From the NCBI GenBank assembly GCA_030141605.1, contig JAQGDQ010000581.1, positions 1 through 64,000 on the forward strand: a stretch of 64,000 nt of DNA, written 5' to 3'. Below, one piece after another: positions 51,444-64,000 of the stretch. The stretch's first letter is position 1. Every line of letters begins with the position of its first letter. Below the pieces are notes generated by a model, which did not search any database, had not been told where the DNA came from, and saw only the letters and a program-made list of their open reading frames with translations. Both the position numbers and the translations under genes were made by a program. The DNA is from Tubiluchus corallicola (Eukaryota; Animalia; Priapulida).

Positions 51444-53470
51444 ATCAGAGTAAAGCTTTATAGTCAAGCTGCTCTGTTGTACAAAACAGGAATAAAACTT
51501 AAACAGACTTTGTACATGTCGTATCGAACATATTCTCCTTTTTATGTGCAGTCATTTATAACACACGTCTGCATTGTATAGATTTAGCACATCACATATC
51601 ATTTTAAATTACAAACGTTGCAAATAGTTAAACTAAACAAAATCTCAAATTTGCAAAAAATATCACAGATTTATGTGGTCATCCGATGTGAAACTCGGTA
51701 AACACGCATGGCCTTTTTCGTCTCCGACGATGCTGATGTGTTATACGATCCAAACTGTCTTCGAAATTATTTGCATACTCGGTAATAAAACAACGAGAAT
51801 GGATCTACGTGGCAGCCAAATGCTAACAAACACAGTGCTAACATGTTTATAGCGTTGTGCAGCTGTACGTCTAAACACAAACTAGTTTTCTGTATAAAAA
51901 TGTCTCACCATTACGGCACTTTGCATTCGGTAATCTGTAGCACTATGCAACACCTACCCTTTAAACACCTTGCAATTCATTTTGTTTTATTGCCGAATGT
52001 TAAAATTTATGTCGACTTGTATCCGCAGATCCAGTATCATACAAGATATCGTAAAAATTGTTGGGAACCAAACCCTCATTTGCCAGGCAAGTCGAAACAT
52101 TAGTGACAAAGCCGAGGACAGGAAAAGCTTCGAAGGTTCCATAGCTGAATTACGACCCATTATCATGCGACCTGTAAAAAATAAAGTTAATATAAGATAA
52201 GTAAACCCGTGTTGGTTTTCTTTGTTGTTTCTCTCCTATCTGAACGTGCATCAGGTATTTTTGTGACAGTTTTCTTAGCATAAGTTGAACAACTCAAGTA
52301 AGTTAAATGATAGTTGATAACCACTCGCATTGCATCAATTTTAACTAATAGTTAAGAATTAAATTTCTGCCAGAGCTGGTATTTTATTGAATTTACACTC
52401 TTGATAGCAGTTAATTTACTAAATTAAATTAAAATTCTCAAAATAACTCAAAAACCACTCACGAGTCTACACACTACAATCTCAAACTAAAGCGCAATTT
52501 CCGAATTTACGCATGCTCTTAGAAGTTACATCATCGTGCACTTATCGCACTTTGGTCAAAAAATCTAGGACATCACGATGTACCCTGTGTCTTTCCACAG
52601 TCTCATACTATCAAGTATCTTTACGACTTTCGCTACTTTTATTAATGACAGATATAAATCAACTAAAATTAAATTATTCATTCATCGCAGCTTCCTATCT
52701 CTGTCTCGGTCCTTTCCACTGGTTAATGGTCCTTGAATTCTCTTAACTTATAACCCCTTACCAGCAGAGTATTTGCTTGATAAGTTGCTCAATTAATTTA
52801 CCTGAAAATAAGGTAAAGTACAATTGAATTTATTATTGCAGCCTTAATTTTGCTTAAGAATCACACTTTGCCAATGAATACACCTCCCCTTCATTATTCA
52901 TAATAGTATAATGCATGTTATAGTATTACAACTGCTGGAAAAGATACAGGAAAAGATATTATATCATAAATCGATATTAGTAACAAACGTAGCATTGTTG
53001 TTACATTTGTTACTAATAACTGTATTTTATGTCGTTCAAAATGCTTTAGTTATAGCCATTTATAATATAAAATCTTTTCCCGAGTGTATAACTAACATTA
53101 TTTTCCTCATAGCACAAAAAATTTTGAATGTATTATTGTACAATTAATTTTGCTAACGAAACACCTATATTCATATAATTTGTCTTACCCCATAGCCCAT
53201 CTTTAATGGTTATGACGACTACTTTACTGCCATCAGTTATTTAAGTTTAATATACAACGATATAGTTATTTCTACCTGTATAATATAAATATAATTTAAT
53301 CTCTTCTCCCCCACTACACAGAAATATATTCCCTTATTAAATAATAATAATTAATACAGTGGTAAAAAAATGCTAGAGACGATTAACAACAATTTGTGCA
53401 AACTAAATACTAAAGCTACCAGGAAGAGCATGTGTTAACTACACATCCTGCAAAAACCAAAGTCACTGTA

Positions 53471-53943
53471 TTTCAGAAAGTACGAGATAGTGTCTTAAAC
53501 GTCTTAACAAATTCTTTTTATTTGGGACAAGGGAAATAACTGAGTGATCGTGGTTTCAGAAAGTACGAGACAGTGTCTTAAACATCTTAACAAATTCTTT
53601 TTATTTGAGACAAGGGAAATAACTGAGTGATTGTGGTTTCAGAAAGTACGAGACAGTGTCTTAAACGTCTTAACAAATTCTTTTTATTTGGGACAAGGGA
53701 AATAACTGAGTGATCGTGGTTTCAGAAAGTACGAGACAGTGTCTTAAACGTCTTAACAAATTCTTTTTACTTGGGACAAGGAAAATAACTGAGTGATCGT
53801 GGTTTCAGAAAGTACGAGACAGTGTCTTAAACGTCTTAACAAATAACTCAGTGATTGTGGTTTCAGAAAGTACGAGATAGTGTCTTAAACGTCTTAACAA
53901 ATTCCTTTTATTTGGGACAAGGGAAATGACTGAGTGATTGTGG
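53471..53943. repeat. Minisatellite, 83-bp unit x ~6 (one unit internally deleted)
   Basis: Unit starts TTTCAGAAAGTACGAGACAGTGTCTTAAACGTC. Confidence 0.93.
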
Positions 53944-55094
53944 CAAGTACTTGGTGACCAAAGTTATGCAGCATCAAATCTGGCCAATAAATTGCTGCTT
54001 CTGGGCAATCATCCATCACATTAAACGCAGCTATTTACCAGAAGATAGGAGTATTTCGTATCTAAATGTGGCTAAAAGAGAGGGATTATAAAGACACTTG
54101 CCACTTTGACGTCTCATCTTATAGGATTATATTTGCTAATGAGCTAGATTTTGGTCCTGCCATAAGCTTCTACATTAAGTAGACCCTGGATACCAGCTGG
54201 AAGACTACCAATCTGTACAACACCAAAGATTTTGCAGTTAACAATGAATAATAATTGACCTGTAGTAACTACTTTGACCACGGTCAAACATCAACTGTCA
54301 GTGAATCCATAGTGAACCTTCTCTTCAAGAACAGTAAATATGTCTTGATAGAAGACAAAAAGTAACAAAAAATCGGCATGTAGACTTAATATACATGCAC
54401 CTCGTGTCTTCTTCAAGTACTAGAATTCGAAGTATCTTAAGGTAAAGTGAAAACAGGATTTATTAACAAAACACTTCTCTTTTTCGGCAATGTGTCAGTA
54501 ACTGCCCTTTGTACGTTGCAAAGTTAAGCAATAAATTCGATTCGGTAAAACAAATTCCGTAAAAATGCACTGCAAGGTTAACAAAACATGCTAGTTTACA
54601 TAACTGGTGTAGGCAAATTCGTTTGATTTATTAACTTTCACAAGCACATTTTACGAATCTCCTAATTAATTAATAAATATATTGTGAACTACTAAACACC
54701 ATTTTGTTATGAGACACCTCAACTCATTATTATGAGTTTAAAAATAATAAAGTCAATAGTAAACTAAACATTTTTATCAACAAAAATAACAGCTATTGTC
54801 TGCAGAATGATTTAACAGTGTTCAAAATGATGATAATGCCAATGTCAAATAAAACATTACAAAATAATTTAGACAACAATTTATAACAGAAGAAAAAGCA
54901 AGAAAATAGTCAGTATTCACACATAAGTAATGTTTAGACTGATTTCTAGAGAACAGAGTTAATGCTTCGAACACAATTTGTGCTGTGCATACAGTTGTAA
55001 TAATAACATTCACAGGCTGTCAGCAACAATAAACTCCTAATCTACATAATTATAGTACTTAACATAAATGCATGATAAGATGGATAACAGTAGC

Positions 55095-57302
55095 CTACGT
55101 ATCTCTCCACTTGCTCTGCTCGTGCGCTTGTGCTGCCTTCACGCAGCTTGCCATTGTCTTCGAAGCTCGTGATATGGAGTCTGTCATGTAAAAATCTTCT
55201 AGTTTAATCATAGGAGGTTTCAGTGAAGTATTAGGAAGCTGACCTTTTACTGACTTTGCAAGTTCAGCGCCTTGAGCACAAAAATTTGCCTCTTCACAAG
55301 AATCGTACTGTGTCAAGTTAGGAGAAATTTCACTCATTCGCTTACGGACATCGTTTACATTATCATAAGGCAACGGCACGCCGGCAACTTCTGAAATGGC
55401 TCTAATTATTTTCCAATCCTCCCGTGCCAACCCTGGTGGCGTCACTACCTGCTGCGTCATCTGCACTCTGCCTTCTGTGTTCACGTAAGTTGCACACTTC
55501 TCAGTGTACGCTGCACCTGGCAGCACTACGTCTGCTATGCATGCGCCATGATCTCCGTGATGGCCTTGATACACCACAAAGCATTCATCGAGTAGCTGAT
55601 CGCGTGTGATAAGACCTTCGTCTGCGCCAAGCATGTACAGAACTTGTGGCGGATTATCTTTGATGTATGAAATGTCTGGGCTGTAACCTAGGTCCAGAGC
55701 TGCAACTTGATTAGCTACACGATGCAGTACATTAAAGATTTTCCAGTTGCTGTCGCAACCACTGCTCTTGCTCAAAGACTGTGCTAGGTCAACTGCCGTG
55801 GCATGCAATCTAGCACCAGTCTCTCTATTTTGCAGGGCTGCGCTACCGACCACCACAACGGGTTTTTTGTATGTTTTCATTTCCTTACAGAAGGGATGCG
55901 TACCATCAATGAGTTTCTTGAGCTGATCGGTAGTCTCTCCAAGATGCTCATAGTTATACGTCAAATCAACTGAGGTACCCAGCAAAGCAACACGCAATTC
56001 ATTCTGCATCCAACATTTTCTTACTCTGGCGTTAAACACAGGTGCTTCAAATCTAGGGTTTGTACCAATAAAAATTACTAAATCTGCATCTTCTAGGCCA
56101 GCGATTCCAGTGTTCAGAAGAAAATTAGAACGAAGATCCAGTCCTGCCCCATCCTCAGGAAATGCTTCCTCGGTGCACAAGCACTCACCACCAAGTTTGT
56201 TAATAAAGTCCTTCAAAACAACTAATGCTTCTGTGTCCACCTGTCCACCAACAATAGCATTAATCTCAAACTCAGCCAGACCTTGCACCTTGTCTGCAAC
56301 AGCAAACAAAGCCTCTTCCCAATCACAAGGCTGCAAGTATCCGTTCTCATCTTTAAGCATGGGAGTAGTTAATCGTTGTCGCATCAATCCGTCATATGCA
56401 AATCGAGTTTTATCTGATATCCATTCTTCATTTACATCTTCATTTAGGCGGGGTATAACTCTCATTACATCTCCACCTCGAGTATTTACCACGATGTTGC
56501 TACCAAGCCCATCCATAACATCAATACTATCAACTTTTCTAAGCTCCCACGGTCGAGCAGTAAATGCATATGGTTTTGATGTTAGTGCACCAACAGGACA
56601 CAAGTCTATAATATTACCTGAAAGTTCTGAAGCAAGTAATTTTTCAACGTAAGTTCCTATTTGCATGTCGTTGCCTCGCCCAGTGGTGCCTAGAGACTCA
56701 ACACCAGCAATTTCCATACCAAATCTAACACACCTTGTACACTGAATACATCGAGTCATTATTGTTTTAACAAGTGGTCCAATGTCTTTATCTTCAACAG
56801 CACGCTTACCTCCAAACACATTATCTGTGAAGCGACTTTTGTCACTTCCAAACGTCATTGACTGATCTTGTAAATCGCACTCCCCTCCTTGATCACAAAT
56901 TGGACAATCTAAAGGATGATTAACAAGCAGAAACTCCATAACTCCTTCTCTTGCTTTCTTTGTCATTGGTGAATTCGTTTTTATTTTCCATCCTTTCATA
57001 ACAGGCATAGCACAAGCAGCAACGGGTTTGGGAGATTTTTCCACTTCTACTAAACACATCCGACAATTTCCAGCAATTGACAACCTATCATGATAGCAAA
57101 AACGAGGTATGTCAATACCAATTTGTGCAGCAGCTTGCAAAATGGTCGTTCCAGGCTCAACTTGAACTGGAATATCATCAATGGATATTTCTACTTTTTC
57201 TGTTGCAGGTTTTGCAACTGATGTCAGCTGCGTTGATAAAACAGTTGTGACGCCAACGTTGACACGGCTTCCAACAAATAACCTTAGCGGAAGTCGTAAC
57301 AT
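55095..57302 (-). CDS. NDUFS1: NADH:ubiquinone oxidoreductase 75 kDa Fe-S subunit, mitochondrial precursor; intronless
   Basis: 735-aa ORF with transit-peptide-like N-terminus and Fe-S motifs ([46 protein letters not shown]). Confidence 0.98.
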   Translation of the reverse strand: MLRLPLRLFVGSRVNVGVTTVLSTQLTSVAKPATEKVEISIDDIPVQVEPGTTILQAAAQIGIDIPRFCYHDRLSIAGNCRMCLVEVEKSPKPVAACAMPVMKGWKIKTNSPMTKKAREGVMEFLLVNHPLDCPICDQGGECDLQDQSMTFGSDKSRFTDNVFGGKRAVEDKDIGPLVKTIMTRCIQCTRCVRFGMEIAGVESLGTTGRGNDMQIGTYVEKLLASELSGNIIDLCPVGALTSKPYAFTARPWELRKVDSIDVMDGLGSNIVVNTRGGDVMRVIPRLNEDVNEEWISDKTRFAYDGLMRQRLTTPMLKDENGYLQPCDWEEALFAVADKVQGLAEFEINAIVGGQVDTEALVVLKDFINKLGGECLCTEEAFPEDGAGLDLRSNFLLNTGIAGLEDADLVIFIGTNPRFEAPVFNARVRKCWMQNELRVALLGTSVDLTYNYEHLGETTDQLKKLIDGTHPFCKEMKTYKKPVVVVGSAALQNRETGARLHATAVDLAQSLSKSSGCDSNWKIFNVLHRVANQVAALDLGYSPDISYIKDNPPQVLYMLGADEGLITRDQLLDECFVVYQGHHGDHGACIADVVLPGAAYTEKCATYVNTEGRVQMTQQVVTPPGLAREDWKIIRAISEVAGVPLPYDNVNDVRKRMSEISPNLTQYDSCEEANFCAQGAELAKSVKGQLPNTSLKPPMIKLEDFYMTDSISRASKTMASCVKAAQAHEQSKWRDT

Positions 57303-58034
57303 TTTTGAAATTAATTTTGTTATAAATTACTCGTTTGTTATTTTTCAGAAAACTTATCTCGGCGTACACCAGTGCGCAACCTTATAATTGACGCAAAATT
57401 CCTCCGTTTAAAATTCACAAGGTGCGCGTTGTGCACTGAGCGCAATGTGCTATACCATGGCGCCGTCCTTTGTGTAATACGCTTAGACTATGAACTGGTT
57501 TACTAAACTGAAAATAATTAAGGAAAACTCATATTATCATCGCAGTGACACAAAAAATACAAAAACAGCATAGAACTGTATCAATAGTTCAATACCATTG
57601 ATGAGAACTCGTTACGAATAAAACAAAAAATGCTACAGTTAAGGACCTCTTGATTGCGTTTTTATCACATATTATGATACTGACATTATGCTACATAATG
57701 TATGCATTACATAATTCATACTGTATTAGGTAATGTAAGTATTATTTACATGATATATTAACTTTGTGTCATTTTCTGGTGTAAATTATCAACATAGCAA
57801 ATCTCAGAAGAGCATTATCTTAGTTTCAAACTGCTGGTTCCCCTGGGGGTGCAACATTAAAAAATCATGACGCATTTGCCATCATTTTAATGACACTAGT
57901 TTATTTACAGCTAAAGATCATGTGGAGAGATTATTGACTTTGTGGAAGCGAACCTAGAGTTACTATTTTAATTAGCACTGTGAACCATTTACTATGCGAT
58001 AATGGCACAATGGAACGGTGTTGAGAGGGGTAGG

Positions 58035-58755
<721 letters not shown>

Positions 58756-59339
58756 AGAAGACAAGATGGTTAAAATGAGTTATAATATTTAGTATAATAC
58801 AGTGGGACACTCCGCTTTCTCCCAGTAATCTGGAATTATGGCGTGCAAATTATGAAATATATACAGGATGTAAGTGTGGTCGCTTATTGTACCGAGTACG
58901 CGATTGTAGTATTATGTGATCCATTTAATTGTCAGTCTACTACACCAAAGTGCTGAATTAGTCTATGCTGCCATCTACAGTCGTTTTTTACTCTAATTAT
59001 ACAAAGTTTGTCAGAGATTGATTTTTGTTTCTAAATATTATTTCCTTTTGCTTTGATAGATATTCATTAATCACAGTAATTAGATTGTTAATTTCATGCT
59101 TTAATTCTGGTTCTAACTCTCCTATTTAAGTTAAAATAGAGAAAAATTATAACACAGCTTTCTGCAATAATCTTTATTTTGCTATCAAAGAAGCCAAGTA
59201 GACCTTGGTTTTGGTTTAACTAGTAGTCTGTAGAGTATAGGTGACCTTTCCATTTATGGTCTGTATGCATGAATGTAATGTACCTTCCAATAGGAACTTG
59301 TATGTCTGGTCACGTGATTACAGCTCTATTCTTCATTTT

Positions 59340-59975
59340 ATTCAGCAAATTAAATGTACTTCAAAACTATGCTTTACGATTAGTTAATGGTCATTCCTTG
59401 AATTCATCTCACAATACAAGTAAATATTCTGCCACCTCTTTAAGCAACTTCATGAAAATCCCGATATTAGAAGCCCACAGAGCTTATCAAACTCTCTTGT
59501 TCTTCTATAAATATATCAACAATATTAATTCTCCTTTCAAAAACAATAAGCTCCCACTTCTTGAAAACCCCAGTATGAATAACAGAACACTAAATTTAAG
59601 AAACATTGGAACAAACAATCAATATGGAAAGAATTCCATTACTAAACAAGCAATACAACTTTGGAATTCATTACCGACATCACTAAAACACAGCAGTTCT
59701 TTATCAATATTCAAGTCTAAATTAAAAAAAACATTTAATGACTCGTTTTGAATATCCGACATACGAACACGATGATACTCACTCAAATCATAATTTCATT
59801 TTTCCTAGACCTTACTAAACTAGTTTACATTTTATTTTTGAATTTCTAGTTGCACTTATAGTTTAGCTTGCACCAGACGCATTTGCCCAGAACAGTGTAT
59901 GTTTTTATATGAACTAACACTGATTGTCTGTCTTTTATTATGATGGTCAATGTTTTCAAAATGGCAAATAAAGAT
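59340..59975 (+). mobile_element. CR1/L2/Crack-type LINE 3' fragment
   Basis: Translation LQNYALRLV...YGKNSI...LWNSLP..LK..SSLSIFKSKLK. Confidence 0.8.
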
Positions 59976-60926
59976 TTTACCACTGCGATCACTGGTTAGC
60001 CAGAGTCATACTCTGCTGGAAAACTGAGAAATCGTTGTTCTCTAGCACCTCTTAGTGAAGAGGTGACATCTTAGTTTGTTCAGGTTTATCACAGCTCTAA
60101 ATGTAACAGATGCATACCATCTAACAGGTGTTCTTCTCCTTTTATCTCAATTCTTGATAGGAATCCTTGCCGAGGGACCATGTTGGTTGCTAAACCAGGC
60201 AGTTTAGTCTAGCGGTGACGCGTCTGGGAGGTCGTGAGTTCGATGCTGCGGCTGGTCTTCTAAAAATTCTAAGTCTACCAGACAAAACGTCTTACTGAAT
60301 TTATTCACTAAGGACAGCTATGGGTACAAGTTATGAAAATCTGCACTTATATACAATAAGAAATTAAGTACATTCGTTTTTTGTGGATCTGTGCTGCGTA
60401 AATTTTACAATTGTGTTTAACTGTAAAAGAAGACCGTATCGAAAAACAAACCTTAGATGCAGTGACTGACTTATAGCTATGATGCCTGTTGTTAAGGTCT
60501 GCCGTGAAATTAATTGTTGGACATTGTCATAGATATGAGCGGTTTTACCATAGTGACTGAGCTGTCTTGAGTGATCTCTGGACACTGGTCAGACAAAATG
60601 ACGCTCTGTCTGATAGTTGCTGCAGTGCTAATGCGCGAAACTTAGAAAGTCACAAGACAAAAGAATGTAGTCATCTGTCATACAATTTTATTTAACATTG
60701 AACATGTTAATAGATTCTATGTGTTTATGCTATTAGTAAGCTACGGCAAATATTGGTTCACCTCTTGTTTGTTGCCATTACATCGAAAAAATTACAGTTT
60801 AAAAACTAGTTTTTGCATTAATGTTTGCAATCATGAATGTAATTAGTACTTTTATTGCAGACGCATTATAATCAGTAGAAATTAAATCTATTAATAGACG
60901 ACTAAAAGCACAGCTGAAGACTGATC

Positions 60927-61045
60927 TCAGCACTTCACATCCTGGCATGCTACACAGTAGCATTTATTGTTACAGTCGCAAAAGCCAGTATGGTATCCAC
61001 ATTTGCTGCTGCGACACCAGCTATGACATCCAGGTGTATGGGATT
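60927..61045 (-). CDS. Secreted Cys-rich peptide, terminal exon (KSHTPGCHSWCRSSKCGYHTGFCDCNNKCYCVACQDVKC*), defensin/ASABF-like
   Basis: tttatgtag acceptor, 9 Cys in CxxxC...GxC...CxCxxC pattern, TGA, AATAAA about 70 nt downstream (60851-60856). Confidence 0.82.
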
Positions 61046-61961
61046 CTACATAAACGTAAAAAGTCATTAAACGACTTCATGTGCAAAATGCAAAGAAACG
61101 CGAAAACCTCAGTAAACACAAACGTAAATTTATTTCGCAGGAAACGTCTTCAAAATATACAATGCGCATGCGCTACGTCTCAGCTATGTGGCTAGCTATG
61201 TTTTGGCCAATTTATCCTGAATAAAGTTATTGAAATAAATCGGTTAATTTAATTAAATTAAACAATCATTTAACCACAAAATACCAAAACGCAATCGAGA
61301 GCTTCAAACTGCTTTTATAGAAAAGAAAAAAGAGAAAAAGGAAATTTACAAGAAAAGAACATGAAAAAAAGAAGAAAACGAAAAGTGCTCGCTTTTACTC
61401 TTTACATTCATTGAGCCAAATCATACGATGCACTGTGTAGAGTAAAGAATGTTATTTTCCTAATTACGTGACCTTCTCTTATATACTGTACTTATATAAT
61501 TTAAAAACACATTCTGATCAGATATTTAAACTCTATTTTTCAACATAATAATAATAACAACAATAATATTAATAATGATAATGATAATAATGTTGATGAT
61601 GACGATGGTGGTGATGGTGGTGGTGATGGTGATGATGATGATGATTATGATGTTGATGATGATGATGAAAATTCTCTTCATAAATAAAGCCTAAAAATTC
61701 GTCTTGAAATTTTATATCACTCACATGCTGTCAGTAGCACACATGCATTCGTATTACACGTTTTGTCATTCTCTAAGGAAAAGTATTAATTACTCTATAT
61801 TTAAGAATTTTCATTTCCACTTACATAAGTCTTTCAAACACTTAAGTGTAATGCTGAAAAAAACTTTGGAAAGTTTTTTTGCGATATACTTCAAAATTTC
61901 CTTTGTTTCTCTTTAACCCTTTCATTTTCAGGCATTTATGAAGCTAAAAAATCATACTTAC

Positions 61962-62024
61962 TGGGACACCTTCCTATGTACACCATTTTTCCAAGATTCG
62001 GAGGAGGAGGAGGTCTCTCTTGTC
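61962..62024 (-). CDS. Secreted Cys-rich peptide, coding exon 2 (GQERPPPPPNLGKMVYIGRCP)
   Basis: Strong A|gtaagtat donor; phase 1-1 bridges exons 1 and 3; weak aataag acceptor (an alternative caag 6 nt further keeps frame). Confidence 0.7.
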
Positions 62025-62718
62025 CTTATTTCATTTTCATCAATTGTAGATAAATTGACGGCGAATCAATAAAAAATATCAATAATTAGCTGGTTGGTTA
62101 AACAGAACGCTATTATTCTGTGTTTGCAAAGCCTCTTATAAATAAAAAACATTTATTTTTATGACAAATTTCTATTCAACGATATCTGTAGGCCCAAAAT
62201 AATGTCAGACGTATATAAACTACTAGACAAAATTTCATTGCATATTAATAATATACATTGCTAGCATAAGAGGTATTGTCTTTTGAGCTATGTTAAGATA
62301 ATTACTCCTAAAATTAAAACTCTCTTTCCCCCTTTCTTTCTCCTGTTTCTCTTTCTTCACTTCCTGTCTTTTCCTCTTTCTTTCTCTTGCATATATTCTG
62401 TAGTTGAATTAGGAGTGAAGGACTGTGTAAAACTCTGCCGGTTTTATAATCTTACCACAAGTTAAACTTAATTTTATTAATTAAGATCATTTTAGTAACC
62501 AAGACCATTACCTATTATAAAAATACATGACAAACCCCAGACTGTAAGGATTCTAAAGACTAATTTAAAAGAAAATGATATAATTACGAATTAAATGCCT
62601 TATCATAAAAATTATATTTAACTCAAAATTCGAGGAAATACCAAGAATACATTAAGTCACAGCAGTGACTTGCAAAAAACATTTATAATAAATAATCATG
62701 GCATGACAACTATGCTTA

Positions 62719-63411
62719 CTATAGGTTTTACACGTCAAATGTAGACACAGAAAAGTTCAAATGTGACTTAGGTAAGTCAAATGTAGATGCATTACTTTGA
62801 ATAAATCGCTAATTAGCTCATTTAAGTGCAAATTACAAAAAGATAAACCAAAGATAGTCATCACCTCTTTCATAACTTTGAAAAATGCGTTGTTTATCCT
62901 CAAACGAAATTCTTTGATAAACCACAACGTCGGTAGAAAAGAATAAATTGGTTTCCACTTCCCAATGAACAGTGAATCAGTAATTAGTTTTTTAAGTAAT
63001 GCATTAGCCCTGCATTAATGAATTAGTTTCTCTCAAGAAACATTGTTTATTTTAAGAATGTATTGTTTTCTCTAACAGTTCCAATGGTATGTAAAGTTTA
63101 CAGAATATTAGTGAACTATTAGTAGACCTATAAAGTTATTATTTTCACAGCAATTGTTAAATAAAGATTAAAGGAGATTATATTTAACATCCTTAAGCGT
63201 TACCACCTATCCACATTTGAGATACCAATGTCACATTTGACTTGACATGTGTCTACATTTGACTTACCAAAAACGCTTAAAATTTCTTGAAAACCATTGT
63301 TAACACATTTGAACTACCTAAGTCTACATTTGAGTTACCAAGACACATTTGAATTTCCTAAATCTACATTTGACTTAACGTAGGTCTGCATTTGACATGT
63401 AAAACCTATAG
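62719..63411. mobile_element. TIR element with subterminal ACATTTGA repeats, in intron 1 of the peptide gene
   Basis: CTATAGGTTTTACACGTCAAATG ... CATTTGACATGTAAAACCTATAG inverted termini. Confidence 0.75.
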
Positions 63412-63416
63412 ATTAC

Positions 63417-63477
63417 CTGTTGCTTCGATTCCAAGAACGATGACAATTATAGCAAGTGCGATGATAACTTTGTTCAT
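63417..63477 (-). CDS. Secreted Cys-rich peptide, coding exon 1: signal peptide MNKVIIALAIIVIVLGIEAT
   Basis: ATG at 63477, n/h/c-region signal peptide, G|gtaatc phase-1 donor; upstream tgtgcag acceptor at 63501. Confidence 0.8.
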
Positions 63478-64000
63478 CGTGATGGCAAAATGTTTGTAAC
63501 CTGCACAAAGAAGATTTTCATTGAGTATAGACCTGAATGAAAAACAATTACTGCGTACACGTATTAACGGAGTATAGCTAGCTTATATAGAGTAGTAGAC
63601 GTTCCATGTAACGTTGTCGAAATGTTGGAAACCTCTTGTTACTTGCCACTCGAGACTTTTCTGTAAGTTTCCGATGCTTCTGAATGTCCCACCCACTCAA
63701 AGCTACCCACCCACAGGCCAACATTATTGCGCATTCCTTCCAAAAATTATACTAGCCTTCTCAGCCAGTCTGCCAAGAATTCGTAGAGTCCCAAGGTGCT
63801 AAGAACGCCAAGTGGCCAAGATTGCCGATTTGCCAAGAATGTCAAGTTGCCAAGAAAACCAAGCTTCCAAGATTGTCACGCTGTCAGTAATGTCGAGTTG
63901 TTAAGAAAACAAAGTTGCCAAAGAAGCCAAGCAGCCAAGGAAGCCAAGTTTCCACAATCATAAGCGAAAAATTGCCATTTCAATTACAAACCGTTTGTAC

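Noticed and set aside
56110-56652. 180-aa ORF on +
   Set aside because: Antisense shadow of NDUFS1.

Overview
AT-rich, intron- and repeat-rich animal (invertebrate-like) nuclear DNA, not prokaryotic; almost all long ORFs in the supplied track are artefacts of tandem repeats. Manual splicing recovers four protein-coding genes. (1) A 5'-truncated kinesin-8 KIF19-like gene on + (7..~39718; 14 well-supported exons plus a tentative tail). (2) A complete 8-exon METTL22-like methyltransferase on - (42146..51443, 329 aa). (3) An intronless NDUFS1 on - (55095..57302). (4) A small 3-coding-exon gene on - (60927..63477), absent from the ORF track, encoding an 80-aa secreted precursor with a signal peptide, a polyproline N-terminus and a 10-Cys CS-alpha-beta/ASABF-like domain, a candidate antimicrobial or toxin peptide. 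Introns carry MITEs (hAT-, pogo-, piggyBac-, Kolobok- and Harbinger-like), LINE fragments, tRNA-SINEs and a 5S rRNA-headed retroposon with an 11-bp target-site duplication. About a dozen young minisatellites (21-87 bp units) are present, some amplifying splice donors and others amplifying MITE-internal segments. All assignments are by eye, with no database searches, and repeat counts are approximate.
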